Source: Octopus sinensis (lineage: Eukaryota). Taken from it: a DNA stretch of 64,000 bases. Below the pieces are notes generated by a model. The model was not told the origin of the DNA. It searched no databases and worked only from the letters and a program-made list of their open reading frames with translations. Shown piece after piece: positions 11,907 to 25,313 of this stretch. The position numbers and the translations under genes were made by a program. The DNA lies in NCBI RefSeq assembly GCF_006345805.1, contig NC_043007.1, positions 47,492,001 to 47,556,000 of the forward strand, read 5' to 3'. The stretch's first letter is position 1. The number at the start of each line of letters is the position of its first letter.

Positions 11907-12100
11907 TTTACCCTTTTACTTGTTTCAGTCATTTGACAGCGGTGATGCTGGAGCAACACCCTAAAGTGGTTTAGTCGAACAAATTGATCGGCAGTACTTA
12001 TTCTTTGTAAACTTAGTACTTACTCTATCGATAGGTTACGGAAACGTAAACACACCAACATCAGTTGTCAAGCGATGGAGGGGGGGAAACACAGGCACAA
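11907..12100 (-). mobile_element. SINE family A, 3' half
   Basis: Reverse complement of the family 3' segment (CATCGCTTGACAAC..GATGTTGGTGTGTTTACG..TCAAATGACTGAAACAAGTAAAAG). Confidence 0.75.
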
Positions 12101-12111
12101 ATATATACATA

Positions 12112-12218
<107 letters not shown>

Positions 12219-13519
12219 TATAAACAATATATAAATATATATGCATATACACATGCATATATGGGTACAGGACGTCATAAAAAACGTAAACAACATGAAA
12301 TACGAAAACATGGAATACGAACTTTTTTGGACCGAAAGAAACAAATGAAAAACAAGACAAGCAACATTAAAAATGACCCTTCACCCGAAAACTGGCCCGA
12401 GTATATCTTAGTGTAAACCGTTGACGTTATTCAGAGGCAGAACCAGGATAACACAGAGTGTTATGGTAGTGGAGGTGGTGGTGGTGATTAAATATTGAAA
12501 AGTGTATTTTAAAAAATTGAACTAAGTATTTTTATATAACCTATGACATAACGCATGCGCATAAGTGCAATTCCGTGAAATATTCACGCTTATAAACGTG
12601 GCAGATATATGCAATTTAACTAAAGGTTATATTCGGGATTTTATTCTTGCTTATGAGGAAAATAGAAAAATAAAAGTGAATATTTATTTTATGAGTGTTG
12701 TGCATTAAGTCTATAAAATTGTACATAAACTATATAAAGTGTATATATAAAGTGTATTAAATAATCATCGTATTCCAATTTCTTTCATTTTTCAGCAAGT
12801 TGCAGATGAGCGACTATCTTCCCATACAGACACAACACAGGCTATGCTTACAGGTTTTGGGATAAAGTTTTCAGAAATAACCCAATACGTTTACCATTAA
12901 TTCCGTGAAATATTCACGGTAACGATTCTGCCAACTCGCTGCCTTTGTGTATGCATATCATATTGGTGAGAGTTAAAACAGTATATTTAAGTGTAAGTAT
13001 ATATTGTAAGTATATATTCCCTCGTAAATAACTTGTAGCAATCCTTGGCTTTGCCCGAGTATATTAACATTAAAAATAGATACAATCACATGAATTAAAT
13101 GTATGTATTGTGAGTGAAATACTTAATTAAAAGAATTCTGATAATCTTCAGTTCTAGGAGTATTGATTTCCTCAAAATGATTGCAGCCAACTATTTCAGA
13201 ATACGGGTTCAATTTCAGTTTGATGTACACGAATCTAAAACCAAAAATAAAACCTTTACTGTTGCATATTTTATTCTCGGACAAAGCGTGTTTATATTTA
13301 TAGAATCACTATACAAATTTACATGACTGCAAATTATTTATTTTTCTAATCAATAATTTTTTCCGAAGATTCTTTCAATGCTTGGAGCTGTACAATATTC
13401 TAAAACATGGTCTAAAATATGATCTCGTTTTCACGTTTTTTATTATGGTGTTTTAACATTAAAAAACATTTTGTAATAATCATAAAGTTCAAGTAGTGCT
13501 TTCATATGTTCGTAGTAAT

Positions 13520-14330
13520 CGTCAGATTTCAAAATCTACTATAGTGGATGATCCAAATACCAGAAACATACAACTTATAGAGCTCAAAAGATTTCTGCTC
13601 AAGCAAAATTACCCACTCCTAGTTATAGAAAATACCATACAACGAACAAAAGAGATAGCTATAGAACAACTTAGGGCAAAACGAAAAAGACAAACCCATC
13701 AACAGAACACAAAACCATTTCTAGTAACACACAATCTATGTCCCCAAAACATTTTTAAAGTCATCAAAACAAATTTGCCAATCATGAAACAAAGTGAAAA
13801 ATTTAAAAAAAAACATAACTAGTCAAACACTTATCTTAAGCAAAAAGCAATCACATAACCTAAAGAAGCTATTAACAAAGGCAAATTCAACGTGAAAAAA
13901 CGGGATAAAACATTCACAGAATCCACGTGTAATAATAACAGATGTGGAACGTGTCAATAAATGCATACTGGGAGATACATTAGAACAAAAAATAGACAGA
14001 TTTTCGCAAATGCAGATGTGAACTGAAAAAGCAGAAATTTGATCTACTGCATTAAATGCCCGAATTGCTAGGAATTATATATAGGCGAAACTGGGAATGC
14101 ATTATCGGGACGCACTAGAGTCCATAGACAACAAATCCGGAACACCAATGTTTGCCAAATTCCATTGAGTGAACATATAGAAGCATGTGGTCAGAAAATG
14201 TTTCTAATTCTTCTAATTCTACTGACTGCATGACGCAATTGAGGTTGGAAGAAAGATAAAAGAAAAACGGTTTAATAAAATGTTCAAACTGTTCTAAACG
14301 GAAATAACAACAATAATATAACAACCAGTT
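13520..14330 (+). pseudogene. Penelope-like element C-terminus with GIY-YIG endonuclease
   Basis: IELKRFLLKQNYP, C..NRCGTC, and LIYCIKCPNC*ELYIGETG at 14039-14095, followed by LSGRTRVHRQQI and PLSEHIEAC. Confidence 0.9.
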
Positions 14331-14524
14331 AATGATGTAGAATAAAAAATATCTTTAACATGTGAATATAAACAAATTACAGAATATCAGTACGATCAGC
14401 AAACCGTGACGTATAAGCTGCATGCGGACTGCTCAAAACCGTATTCCAAAATGTCAGCTTGTTGGAGTGTTCTAAGAGGTACGACAGTTGTCAAGAACTA
14501 AACTGCCAGTTAAATACATTTTAA

Positions 14525-14562
14525 AATCTGATGATTACTACGAACGTATGAAAGCGCCAATT
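14525..14562 (+). ncRNA. Degenerate hammerhead-like motif downstream of the PLE ORF
   Basis: AAT-CTGATGA-T-TAC-TACGAAC-GTA-T-GAAA-GCGC-CA-ATT. Core and stems I and II are recognisable but U16.1 is lost. Confidence 0.35.
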
Positions 14563-14657
14563 GAACTTTATGAACATTACAAAATATTCTTTTAATGTTA
14601 AAATACCATAATAAAAAACGTGAAAACCAGACCATGTTTTAACTTTATTCAACACAT

Positions 14658-14764
<107 letters not shown>

Positions 14765-15361
14765 TAATTGACCACCTCCAACATGGAAAAATATACGTCC
14801 ATAACGTTTATAATAGCAGAGATTAGTAGTATTGACGAAAAACAACATTGCAAATTATAGGATTCTACCGATCTATTACTTAATCCTTTCTCAAAGCTTT
14901 AACTTCTTCCAACATTATCGTACCAGTCAGGGAATTTAATAAATATTTTAATGTGCACGCAAACAAATACCTTTTGTCTTTCGATAATTTATCTTAAATT
15001 TTAAAAGAGAGAAGATATTTTATGCATCCATTGGATTTCAGAATTTGGTGGAAATGTGTAAAATGCTTTGAATCTATATTTTGGAATTTCTGCATCAATG
15101 ATTTCCTACATTGCAAGGAGATGATGCAGAGACGATAATCTATTAATCATCTCTTTCAATATGAAATGTCACGAACTGATGTAGGCTTAGAAAAGACCTC
15201 ATATAATTGCTTTGTATGTATAGATTAAGATATTTTTTTTTTACCCAACTACCTTTTTCTGAAATAAAATTCCACACGCATAATAATATAGATTAATTAA
15301 ATACAATCACAAGAAAAAGTGTTTGAATTGCAGTAAGTACATTATAATATAAAAATTAATA

Positions 15362-16099
15362 ATTCTCTCTTACCTGTTTGTATTTGCCTTTCAAATGCTG
15401 TGTCTTTACTGTGATCTCCCTTTTAGTAGAAGAAATAGCTATAATCTCTTTGACTGCTATTTCTAAATTCGGTGTGTGGTAAGGCAATTCGTTGCTAAAC
15501 CCTTAATTGCTTAGTATTACTTAAATTTTCCTCGAATGAGGCTTTTACATGCCGAAGACTACTTGGTGTAATTGATAATTATTCCAAATTAATTAATTTC
15601 ACCCTTCATTGTTACTCATATCCATATTCATCCCAGTAAATGACCACAGCACTTTGTCTTGGCTGCACGCGGGTGGGAAGGGACTGGTGACACAAGCTTT
15701 CATTCATACTTTGAATTTGGTGATACTAGCTGTGGCTTCTAGCTCGCTCTGATACTGAGTTGAGTTGGTGCCTTCTAGTATCTCAAAATGCAATATTCAA
15801 TCATTCATGATTGTTTGTATCCTGCGCTGATGAAAGAAGAAGTCTGGGTAAGGTAGAGTTATCTAATTTTTATGCTTTCCTAAGACTTGATCTCGAAACG
15901 TACGTCCGTAGGTGACTTAAAACTGTATGATAGATTGCCGTTAATTCATTCTCTCTTACCTGTTTGTATTTGCCTTTCAAATGCTGTGTCTTTACTGTGA
16001 TCTCCCTTTTAGTAGAAGAAATAGCTATAATCTCTTTGACTGCTATTTCTAAATTCGGTGTGTGGTAAGGCAATTCGTTGCTAAAGCCTTAATTGCTTA

Positions 16100-16103
<4 letters not shown>
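15362..16103. repeat. 156 bp direct duplication (15362-15517 and 15948-16103)
   Basis: The copies differ by one substitution (CTAAACCC vs CTAAAGCC); offset 586 bp. Confidence 0.9.
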
Positions 16104-16198
<95 letters not shown>

Positions 16199-16519
16199 AT
16201 ATGTATCTATGTATCTATGTATCTATGTATCTATATATATATATATATATATACATATATATTCCAATATTTCTTTACTACTTTTTTCCGTGAATGCACG
16301 CTCCTTTATTTTGATATAAATGCCGTACCTTAAACATCATCATCTCATCTAGGTCGTCCCATCAGAAATCGGTTATGGAATCAGCTTCATTTACGAAAGC
16401 CTACAGGTCGTATTCTTGGCACATCAGTAAATATATACAATCTAGTTCTGTATTGTGTAGTTTCCTCTTGTGTATTAACTCATGTGTATGCGTGCGTGTG
16501 TGTTTGTGTGTGAGTACAT

Positions 16520-16607
<88 letters not shown>

Positions 16608-16609
16608 GA

Positions 16610-16724
<115 letters not shown>

Positions 16725-17480
16725 TACATGCCTGTGTGCATTACATAAGAGAGTTATCTCAACGATATTTTTATCTATCTCATTTAACTTTTATACCGCT
16801 TGTTTGCATTTTATTCCTCTTCACCTTTTTCTACTTATATCTCTGTATCAATTTGTTACTAACATTCTGTATAGAATATCGATATGTACCATACTGAAAT
16901 ATACATTGAAGCAACTATTCGCTCACTTATACATACATACATACATACATACATACATGCATTTTAGATGAGACACATAAATATATACACATTCATACAC
17001 AAACACACACTGAGATAGATACGTATATGGTCGCATAAATATAACTTTGTACACATGTTACAACGAAACCAGTAAAAAGATTGCACCTTAGAGCATCTTT
17101 CTAAAGACATAATCAATAGCAAAGGAAGAAATACTTATAAGATTGCATTTATCTTGCAAGGCACCAGGCACCCCAAATAATTCTTCATTGCTCTACATCT
17201 TTAACATGAAGAGAGAAGTTGCAATGACGAATCCAAAATTCAATAAGGAACTTATTGCCAATAAGACTTTCTGCTACTTATTGGTCCAATTCAATACAAA
17301 GTGCGTAATTTCAACGATACATTCTTGTTCAGCCTCTAACCTAATCCTTCAACCTCCTCCTGACATTTTGCTCTTTCTTTCTCAAACCACTTTTTCTTCC
17401 TCGTATTCTATTCGTTTTCCCTGTTCCCTCGTTTTCTCCATTTTCTCTTTTCTTCTCTCACCTTGTCTCCGTCCCTTCCT

Positions 17481-17511
<31 letters not shown>

Positions 17512-18579
17512 CCTCTTTCGCACTCTCTCTCTCTCTTTTAAACACGCTTTATCGCTTTCTCTTCGCTTACCCTATGTTGTTCTCTCTTTTTCCCTATTTT
17601 TCTATTCCTCTCTTCCCGTTTCTCCTATTTTCTCCTTTCTCTTTTTCTTTCTCAAGTATTCTGTCATTTCATTAAACATTCTTTATCTCTGTTCTTTCTC
17701 TGAATCTCCGATCTATAGCCTTACAACATTTATCTTGCATGGGTCTGGATTGCAATTCTTCTTTACTGGCATAGTTTCATAGCTATCTATATGCTTGTCT
17801 CAAAATAAATCTATCAGAAAAGTAATAAAAATAAGAACAAAAATTACATGAAATGAATCCCTACTTTGGGTGAATGATTTATGCGTTATTACTTTTTTTA
17901 TGGTATCAGTAAATACTGCTGTTTTGCTTTCCCTTTTGGTATGGTGAGGAAGGAAATAATGATATTATATGAGGGCTTCCTAGGTCTGCATAAACTCAGT
18001 ATATCAAGACGGTGCGGTATAATTTAAAGGAAATTTAGATGCTGTTACTAGTAACAGGAGTGATTGCGTAATTCTCCCTGCCTTTGGTTGTTGTTATGTG
18101 TTTGTTACTGATAGTGCTGACCATATCTTTTTTGTTTAATATTCTTATCAAGGCATCATGTGACAAACATTTTTCACTCAATATTTGAGATTTAAGAAGG
18201 GAAATTTTAAGCATTTGGCAATTTTACGAGCTAAATTCATATTTATGTTAGTGCGCATATGTGTTAGAGTAAAACCTCTATACATATAAACACATTCACA
18301 TGCATAAATGTGGAAGTGTGGAGGTGTATATTATATATATATATATTACTCAAAGAAATTCCAACTCTGTTTCTCACGTTTATTTATAATTAAGTATTAA
18401 TTGTCTATTCTTATTGAACAAATGAAATATTAAATTCCATTCTTATTGAACTAGTATATTTTCTTGCATTTATGTAATCTTCAGGTTCATTGGTCGTGAC
18501 AGTTGACTGGTTAAATTTTGTCCATTATATACATTCCTGTGGATAGAAGTAGTAGTTGCTTGGCTATTTTTAGAAATTA

Positions 18580-18961
18580 TTCTTGTTTTTCTCTTCCTTG
18601 TGTTGTCCTCAGTTGTTGTGTGGGTATTTTCATAGCCCGGTGAATACCGTTTCTATAAATAGTGACGGGTATTTTTGTTTGAGCAGAAATTCTTTCAGTT
18701 CCATCAAACGCTGATTCCTGATCTTCAAATCTTCTACAATGATACAGATTTTTTCTGGCTAAGCAGTATGGGATGCTACGGTATGAATGCGGTGGATTGC
18801 ACGATTTAAAATTCAGGTATTGATGTGTATCTGTGTGTTTATAATATATGTCTGTGGTAATGGTGGTGTTCTTTTTAATTACCATTATATCTAAGAATGG
18901 TAATTTAGTACTGCTCATCTCCTTTGTAAATTGGATGGATGGGTGTAGGTTGTTCAGGAGG
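18580..18961 (-). pseudogene. Penelope-like RT/thumb fragment
   Basis: [65 protein letters not shown] is a characteristic PLE motif set. Confidence 0.9.
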
Positions 18962-18977
18962 ACTGAAAGAAGCCCGT

Positions 18978-19034
<57 letters not shown>

Positions 19035-19066
19035 GTATGTGTGTGTATGTTTGTGTGTGTGTATAT

Positions 19067-19108
<42 letters not shown>

Positions 19109-19310
19109 TATGTGCCTGTATGTTTGTGCGTCTGTTTTGTCTCCCCCACCCACCCTCGCTTGACAACCAATATTGTGTTTACGTTCACGTAACTTAGCGG
19201 TTCGGCAAAAGAGACCGATAGAATAAGTACTAGGGTTACAAAGAATAAGTCCTGGGGCCGATTTGTTCGACTAAAGGTGGTGCTTCGACTGAAACAAATA
19301 AAAGAAAAGA
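18962..19310 (+). mobile_element. SINE family A, 3' two-thirds with internal (TA)n/(TG)n
   Basis: ACTGAAAGAAGCCCGTCG..CGCTTGACAACC..AACTTAGCGGTTCGGCAAAAGAGACCGATAGAATAAGTAC. Confidence 0.8.
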
Positions 19311-21599
19311 ATATATATATAAGCATATATATTTTTGTGTGTGTATGTATATATGTATATATTCCCTGGCTAACAATATCTAATAATATAGAAACATATC
19401 TCTTGCTGCGAAAACAGTAGCTATTCCTCTCTTCTAATTTATTATTGTTCATTTAGAATGGACAATAATACGAAAAAGAAATATATCAATATTCAAATTC
19501 AATTTTACTCAAAATGTGTGGTAATATTGAGAGTACTATTGATCCAAAGTGCCTCGGATTGGCTAAAATATTTCTATGAAAAAGCGCTATCAATGTCAAC
19601 TGTTTTAATGCGTTTACCAAACCGTAATGAATTAAAGGAAAATTCAATCACTTCACTACAGTTGTCAAATATGAGGCGCATTACGGTGATTCTCGGCAAA
19701 CGTCAAACATTCAGTCGTGGATTGGATTTTTAAGTGTGAACTAGAAATAACGAAACATAATGTTTTGAGAAAATCTATCACTTTTAAGAAATAGTTGTGA
19801 AATTTTCAAAAAGTTTCCGGGCAATGCTATAATGGTAACCGAACAGAGCAGCATTTATAAGGTGGACTAACCTGTAAATTTTCCCATATTTATGTGAGGC
19901 TTTTTTAAGATATATAAATGGAGAAAAAATTGCTTCCTGATTTTATATTTAACTTAATGAAACTACTGCAGTAATTTCAGATTGTTTACTCTTAGCTAAA
20001 TGAAGTTATATAGAATGATTAATAGCCAATTTCTATGTTATTTCACGTCACATTCTTATAGAAAATGTATTATTGGCTCTCAATAAAAAATAAGTATTTG
20101 TTGAAATTTTTTTCTATCAAGGAATCAAGTGGCCCTCTTTCAAATCCGGGTCCAAATTTTTGCCCGAAGACTGAAAATATTCATTTATTATTAAAATTAT
20201 TCTCGTTACTTCACGTCACAGATTACGCGACGTGAAGTAACGCCCCACCTATCGCTCCCCTTAAGTTAATGCATGAAAAGTAATTCAAGAATTTTAAATG
20301 TCCTTTTTTATATTTTATTGCATAAAAAGCAAGAAAATTATTGTGCAACCCATCTAATGAGCACAGATTTAATTTTTAAGTTAAAGCATCATATTTTCAG
20401 TAGCTATAAGCATTTCACCACATTACAATGAATATTAAAATGAATATATTATGGCCAACTTGGTTCAGAAATTTCTGTTTGAGCGTCAATTTGCGTCCAT
20501 AATGAGCGTCTATAATGGCTATAATGGTGATAGATACATTGCTATTCATAAAATACATTGTGAGTACTTTTGCTTTTCTTTTCTCCATTTAAATTAAAGC
20601 CTATGCAAAATATATATTTTGTGTACACAGAATGTTTGGTGGTCTTAACGATATATTTTTAAAGCTTGAAACAGGTCTATTCTTCGGTCTCCAGGGGATT
20701 TTTTTTTTCAAGTTTAGTGTTCCTTTACAAAAACATCTGAATGTTTCGCAAATAATACTATAAAGTACGAACTACACTGTTAAGTGAAATTAACTTCTCT
20801 ACTAAGTGAAGCATTAAGTACTCTGGAAGCTGATCTTCGTGCTTAGTAACTAGAAAAGTTATTGATGGCTGAATTTTAAGCTATAACTTTGTGGAACGTC
20901 ACGTTGAAATTGCACTTAATTGCGTCACGTCACATAAAAATCATTCCACGTCACACATAGTTTTTCTCTGTTGGAGGTTTTGATTGTCAGCATTTTATTG
21001 TTGTATGTGGTGTGCTAATGTATTGTTTAAGCTTCTATCTTCTCAAGGTAAATTAGTTTTCACTACACTGTTTGTCAATTCAAACAAATTTCCATATTTA
21101 TGCAATATATTAGAAAAATGTTATTTCTGTGAATTACGTCAAGTCACGCAATAGATCTGGTCTGTAAATCTAATTCAAAAATATCCTGGAGATTCTTCTT
21201 TCGCTCAAAATATTACTTTTGGAGCATTTTAAACATCAGAAATAACAAGGATGTTATAAACTGCGGTTGCCTTCACATTTTCAGCTTTGCAAGACTTCAT
21301 TTTACGTCATGTTACATGAAAAAAATCGCTGATTAGCTGTTTCATCAGGCTACTCTAACATAAACATTTTACTGAAAATTGTTTATAACAAAAAAAACTG
21401 CATTTATTTGCAAATATGTATACTTTACTTAGTTACCTATAGAAAAAGAAATGCGGTATGCGCAATTAAGGAAGCATTAAATTGAAATAGCTATCTATAT
21501 ATCAAATTTAATGTATAGGTGTGGGTATGTGGTAAGAATCGTGCTTCTCAATCGCATGGGTCTGAGTTCAGTCCCACTATGATCTTACACCATTTGTTT

Positions 21600-22115
21600 T
21601 ATTTTACTCTATAATCATATCATGTCTTCTTGCTTTAATAGTATGTTTCCTCTTTATGGAGAAGTTCGATGCGGTCCTATAATTCTCATTCTCAGTTTCT
21701 GGATCATACCAGGTATTTCGAAGCTTCACACTTCTCTAAAATCCCAATTCAATCTTTTACTTATATAGTCATGCTTGCGCTTATACACTTTTTGTGCTAG
21801 CTTACTGCACTCACTCAAGACATGATTGATACTTTCCTCTCTTTTCCTGCAGATACCACATTTGCTGTCTGGCTGCGTTTTGTCGATCTTTGCCTTTATT
21901 ACATTTGTTCCTAAACGGTTTTAATTATCGCTTTGGATCCTTGTTTCAAGCTTTCGTCTTTCAGCCACAGCCAGCGTTCCTTAGTTCCAACATTCACGGT
22001 TTGTTGCATGAACTGACCTTATAATTCCATTTCTTTCCATCTACTTTCCCTCCTTCTTTTCTTGGATTCTCCTACTTTTCAAGCATGTCTAGCCGCCTAG
22101 AGAATCCTATTTTTA
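21600..22115 (-). mobile_element. R4/Dong-like LINE fragment (older subfamily)
   Basis: Frameshifted GQFMQQT..RWLWLKDESLK, CGICRKRESINHVLSECSKLAQKVYKRKHD (CCHC knuckle followed by the RHD-like motif). Confidence 0.7.
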
Positions 22116-22131
22116 CTCCGCATTATTATTA

Positions 22132-22213
<82 letters not shown>

Positions 22214-22216
<3 letters not shown>

Positions 22217-23335
22217 TAGTCTTAGTCTTATTTTTCTCACGTGTTTTCACTACACTACCGAGCGCAGCTCTGTGTGTCTTGGGTATGTGCTGTGGTTTGT
22301 GGTGATGCTCTTAGTTTTACTGTATTGAAAGTACATTATGTAGGATATGTGTGGTTCCTAGTAGTTCTATTTTCTGTATGTTATATATGCTTGTTAGTCC
22401 TGATGTTTTTGTTATGTATTTGTCTGAATATTTTTTAATCATACCTAATTGCACCTACTATGATAGGAATTGTTTCTGTTTTTAGACTTCACATTCGAGT
22501 TACCTCTTTTTCCAGATCTTTGTATTTTGAATGTTTTTCCGTTTCTTTTAGAGAAAAATTGTTATCTGTTGGTATTGATACATCGATTAGAAAGCATTTT
22601 TCTTGGTAATCTCTGACAACTACATTTGGCCTATTGGCCTTAATTTCTCTATCTGTGTGTATTGGCATATCCTAGAGTATGGTTGCTTTCTCGGTTTCTG
22701 TAACGTTTTCTGGCGTTTGCCTATGCAATCTTTTTTGTCTTGTTATTCCATAGAGTTGGCATAGTTTCCAGTGTATATAGGTCCCAACTCGATCGTGTCT
22801 GTGAATGTATTCCTTCTTATCCAGGACTGGGCAGCCAGAGACAATATGATTTATTGTTTCTTGTCCATCTCTACATATTCTGCAGTTACTTGTATTTCTG
22901 TTCATTACATATTTTTGATAATTTCTGGGAGGAAGGTTTTGATCTTGTGCTGCAGTTAAAAATCCCTCACTCTCTGCTTTGAGTCCTTAGGTTCTCAGCC
23001 ATTGTTGGGATTTTGCTTTGTCTATTTCTTTTCTGTTTAACACAGTATTTGCCAAGAAAGGGCTTTTCTTGCCATTGTATTATCATGATCCGTTGCTGTT
23101 CTAGTTTTAGTCTGGATTTCAGTTGTTTTACAGGTTTCGTTGTTTCTTCTCTTTCTTCATAGTTGTTAGGTACTATGATTTCTTTTCATGTATTTCTCAG
23201 CTTCCTTAAATGCTGAAACAGTTTGGTTTGGGGGGGGGGTCGTGTTTTGTGTCTATTTGTATTAGATTTCCGTGCTTCTGAAGTAGGTATTTCTGTAGTT
23301 TTATACTGGTTATTTTGTAATAGTTTTCAAGCTGT
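22214..23335 (-). mobile_element. R4/Dong-like LINE 3' fragment with restriction-like endonuclease
   Basis: CRICRDGQETINHIVSGCPVLDKKEYIHRHDRVGTYIHWKLC, ANRPNVVVRD..CFLIDVSIPTDNN..KETEK. 3' end ACTACTG followed by (AAT)n; (AAT)n also lies at the truncated 5' end. Confidence 0.85.
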
Positions 23336-23355
23336 ATTATTATTATCATTATTAT

Positions 23356-23878
23356 TGAATGAGAGAGCAAAGCACGGCATCAAAGTGACACTAGGGTAAA
23401 ATATGCGAAGTCCAGTATACCAACCATAACTACTTTTCTGATAAGGGTACACCAGACACATGCATCTCAACCATATGTGCGCGACACGGTGATCTCATAT
23501 CAAGATAAACAGCGCATGACCCTGCAGGTGGGGCCCAGTTCTTCAGGTCGAGTAACCCATCCCACTCAAATGGTCCTTGAATAAGAGTTGTTTAAGGATG
23601 TCGAACGAAACACCCATATTTCCAGAGGTGAATTATTCGAACTCCAAAGAATTTCTCTCCAAAGAATATGATGCTCCCCCACTTCTGCTCGTGATCAGAG
23701 ATGTACATATCGTCAGTCACTAAAGTCAAACAACTGACAAGTAAATCTGTGGTATTAAGCTGAATATTTGCTATAGCCCATCTTTTGTACCAAGATAAAA
23801 CAATTTACATGATAACACTTCCAATTAGTTAAGATCAGGAGCCATGAGAGCCACCGACTGGTACTGCATAAAGGCATT
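23356..23878 (-). repeat. Unclassified ~530 bp interspersed element X with (TAA)n tail, copy 1
   Basis: Homologous along its length to 27163-27699 and 62190-62544. No coding frame recognised. Confidence 0.75.
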
Positions 23879-23888
23879 TATTATTATT

Positions 23889-24124
23889 GTTGTTGTTGTT
23901 GTTGTTGTTGGCATCCTTTTTGTCTTGGGAGACAATGGAGTTGCGCATAAAATAATCTAGTCCGGCTTTTACATTTCATGTCCTAATACATTTCCTGCTG
24001 TGGCTGTGTAGTCCTATCCTGGACAAACACTCCCTCTGGCAGGTGCCGATAATGTAGCAAAGACTTTTCCTGGCTGGTTGTAATGTCATAGTTTCTTGTT
24101 GACGTCTTTTCTTGTCTTTCCATT

Positions 24125-24166
<42 letters not shown>

Positions 24167-25043
24167 CCTTTGTGTCCCCTCTTTTACGGTACGTCGCCAA
24201 TCTCCACGGTTGCTGGCAACTGCTTCCCAGTTGCTAATATTGATGTTGCAGGCCTTCATGTCCCTTTTGCAAACATCCTTGTATCGTAAGAACGGTCTTC
24301 CCACAGACCTAATGCACCTAGCAAGCTCTCCGTAGAGTATGTCCTTGGGGATTCTGCCATCTCATACGTCTTTGTGTGAAGAGTGCAAACATGCTTGGTA
24401 TTCCTGCTTACTTGAGGACATCTTTGGTGGGGACATGATTCTGCCATTTGATGCGAAGGATTTTCCGGGGGCAGCGCAGGTGAAAGCTGTTTAGGCGACG
24501 CTCTTGGCGTGTCTATGGCGTCCAAGTCTCACTTCCATTCAGTTGAGTGCTAAGTACACATGCCTGGTAGATCTTCATTTTTGTGGTCTGATCAGCTTAT
24601 TGTTATCCCATGCCCATTTGGAGAGTTGGGCCATCACAGCAGCTGCCTTGCCAATGTGTATATTGAGCTCAGCATCAAGGGATAAGTTGTAGGTGACGGT
24701 AGAGCCAAGATAGGTAAACCTCTCCACCTCCAGTAATCTGTGGTCTCCAATATGTATGTTTGGGATGTCCGATGTAGCCTGACCCATGATGTTGGTTTTC
24801 TTGAGGCTGATAACTAAGCCAAAGTCGTTACATGGTGGCTCAAAACAGTTGATGAGCCTTTGGAAGGCTTCTTCTGTGTGTGATACCAGAGCGGCATCAT
24901 CAGCAAATAGCATCTCCTTGATCAGGACGCTTCTGATTTTGGTCTTGGCACGCAGGCGCGAGAGATTGAACAGTTTCCCGTCACTTCTACTGTGCAGAAA
25001 CACTCCATCATCTGATACCTGAAAGGCATGTGAGAGCCTGTGC

Positions 25044-25044
<1 letters not shown>
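23889..25044 (-). mobile_element. RTE (BovB/Expander-like) LINE 3' fragment, RT domain to tail
   Basis: DGKLFNLSRLRAKTK..MLFADDAALVSH..FGLVISLKKTNIM..VERFTYLGST; (CAA)n tail at 23889-23910. Confidence 0.9.
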
Positions 25045-25087
<43 letters not shown>

Positions 25088-25118
25088 CATCATCATCTTC
25101 ATTATTATTTTTATTATT

Positions 25119-25171
<53 letters not shown>

Positions 25172-25313
25172 TATTATTATTATTATTATTATTATCATCA
25201 TCATCATCATCATTATTATTATTATCATCATCATTATTATTATCATCAACATAATCATCATTATCATTATTATTATTATTATTATCATCATTATTATTAT
25301 TATTATTATTATT

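Noticed and set aside
19458-19733. 91-aa ORF in unique sequence
   Set aside because: No recognisable domain or supporting splice structure; the length is compatible with chance.
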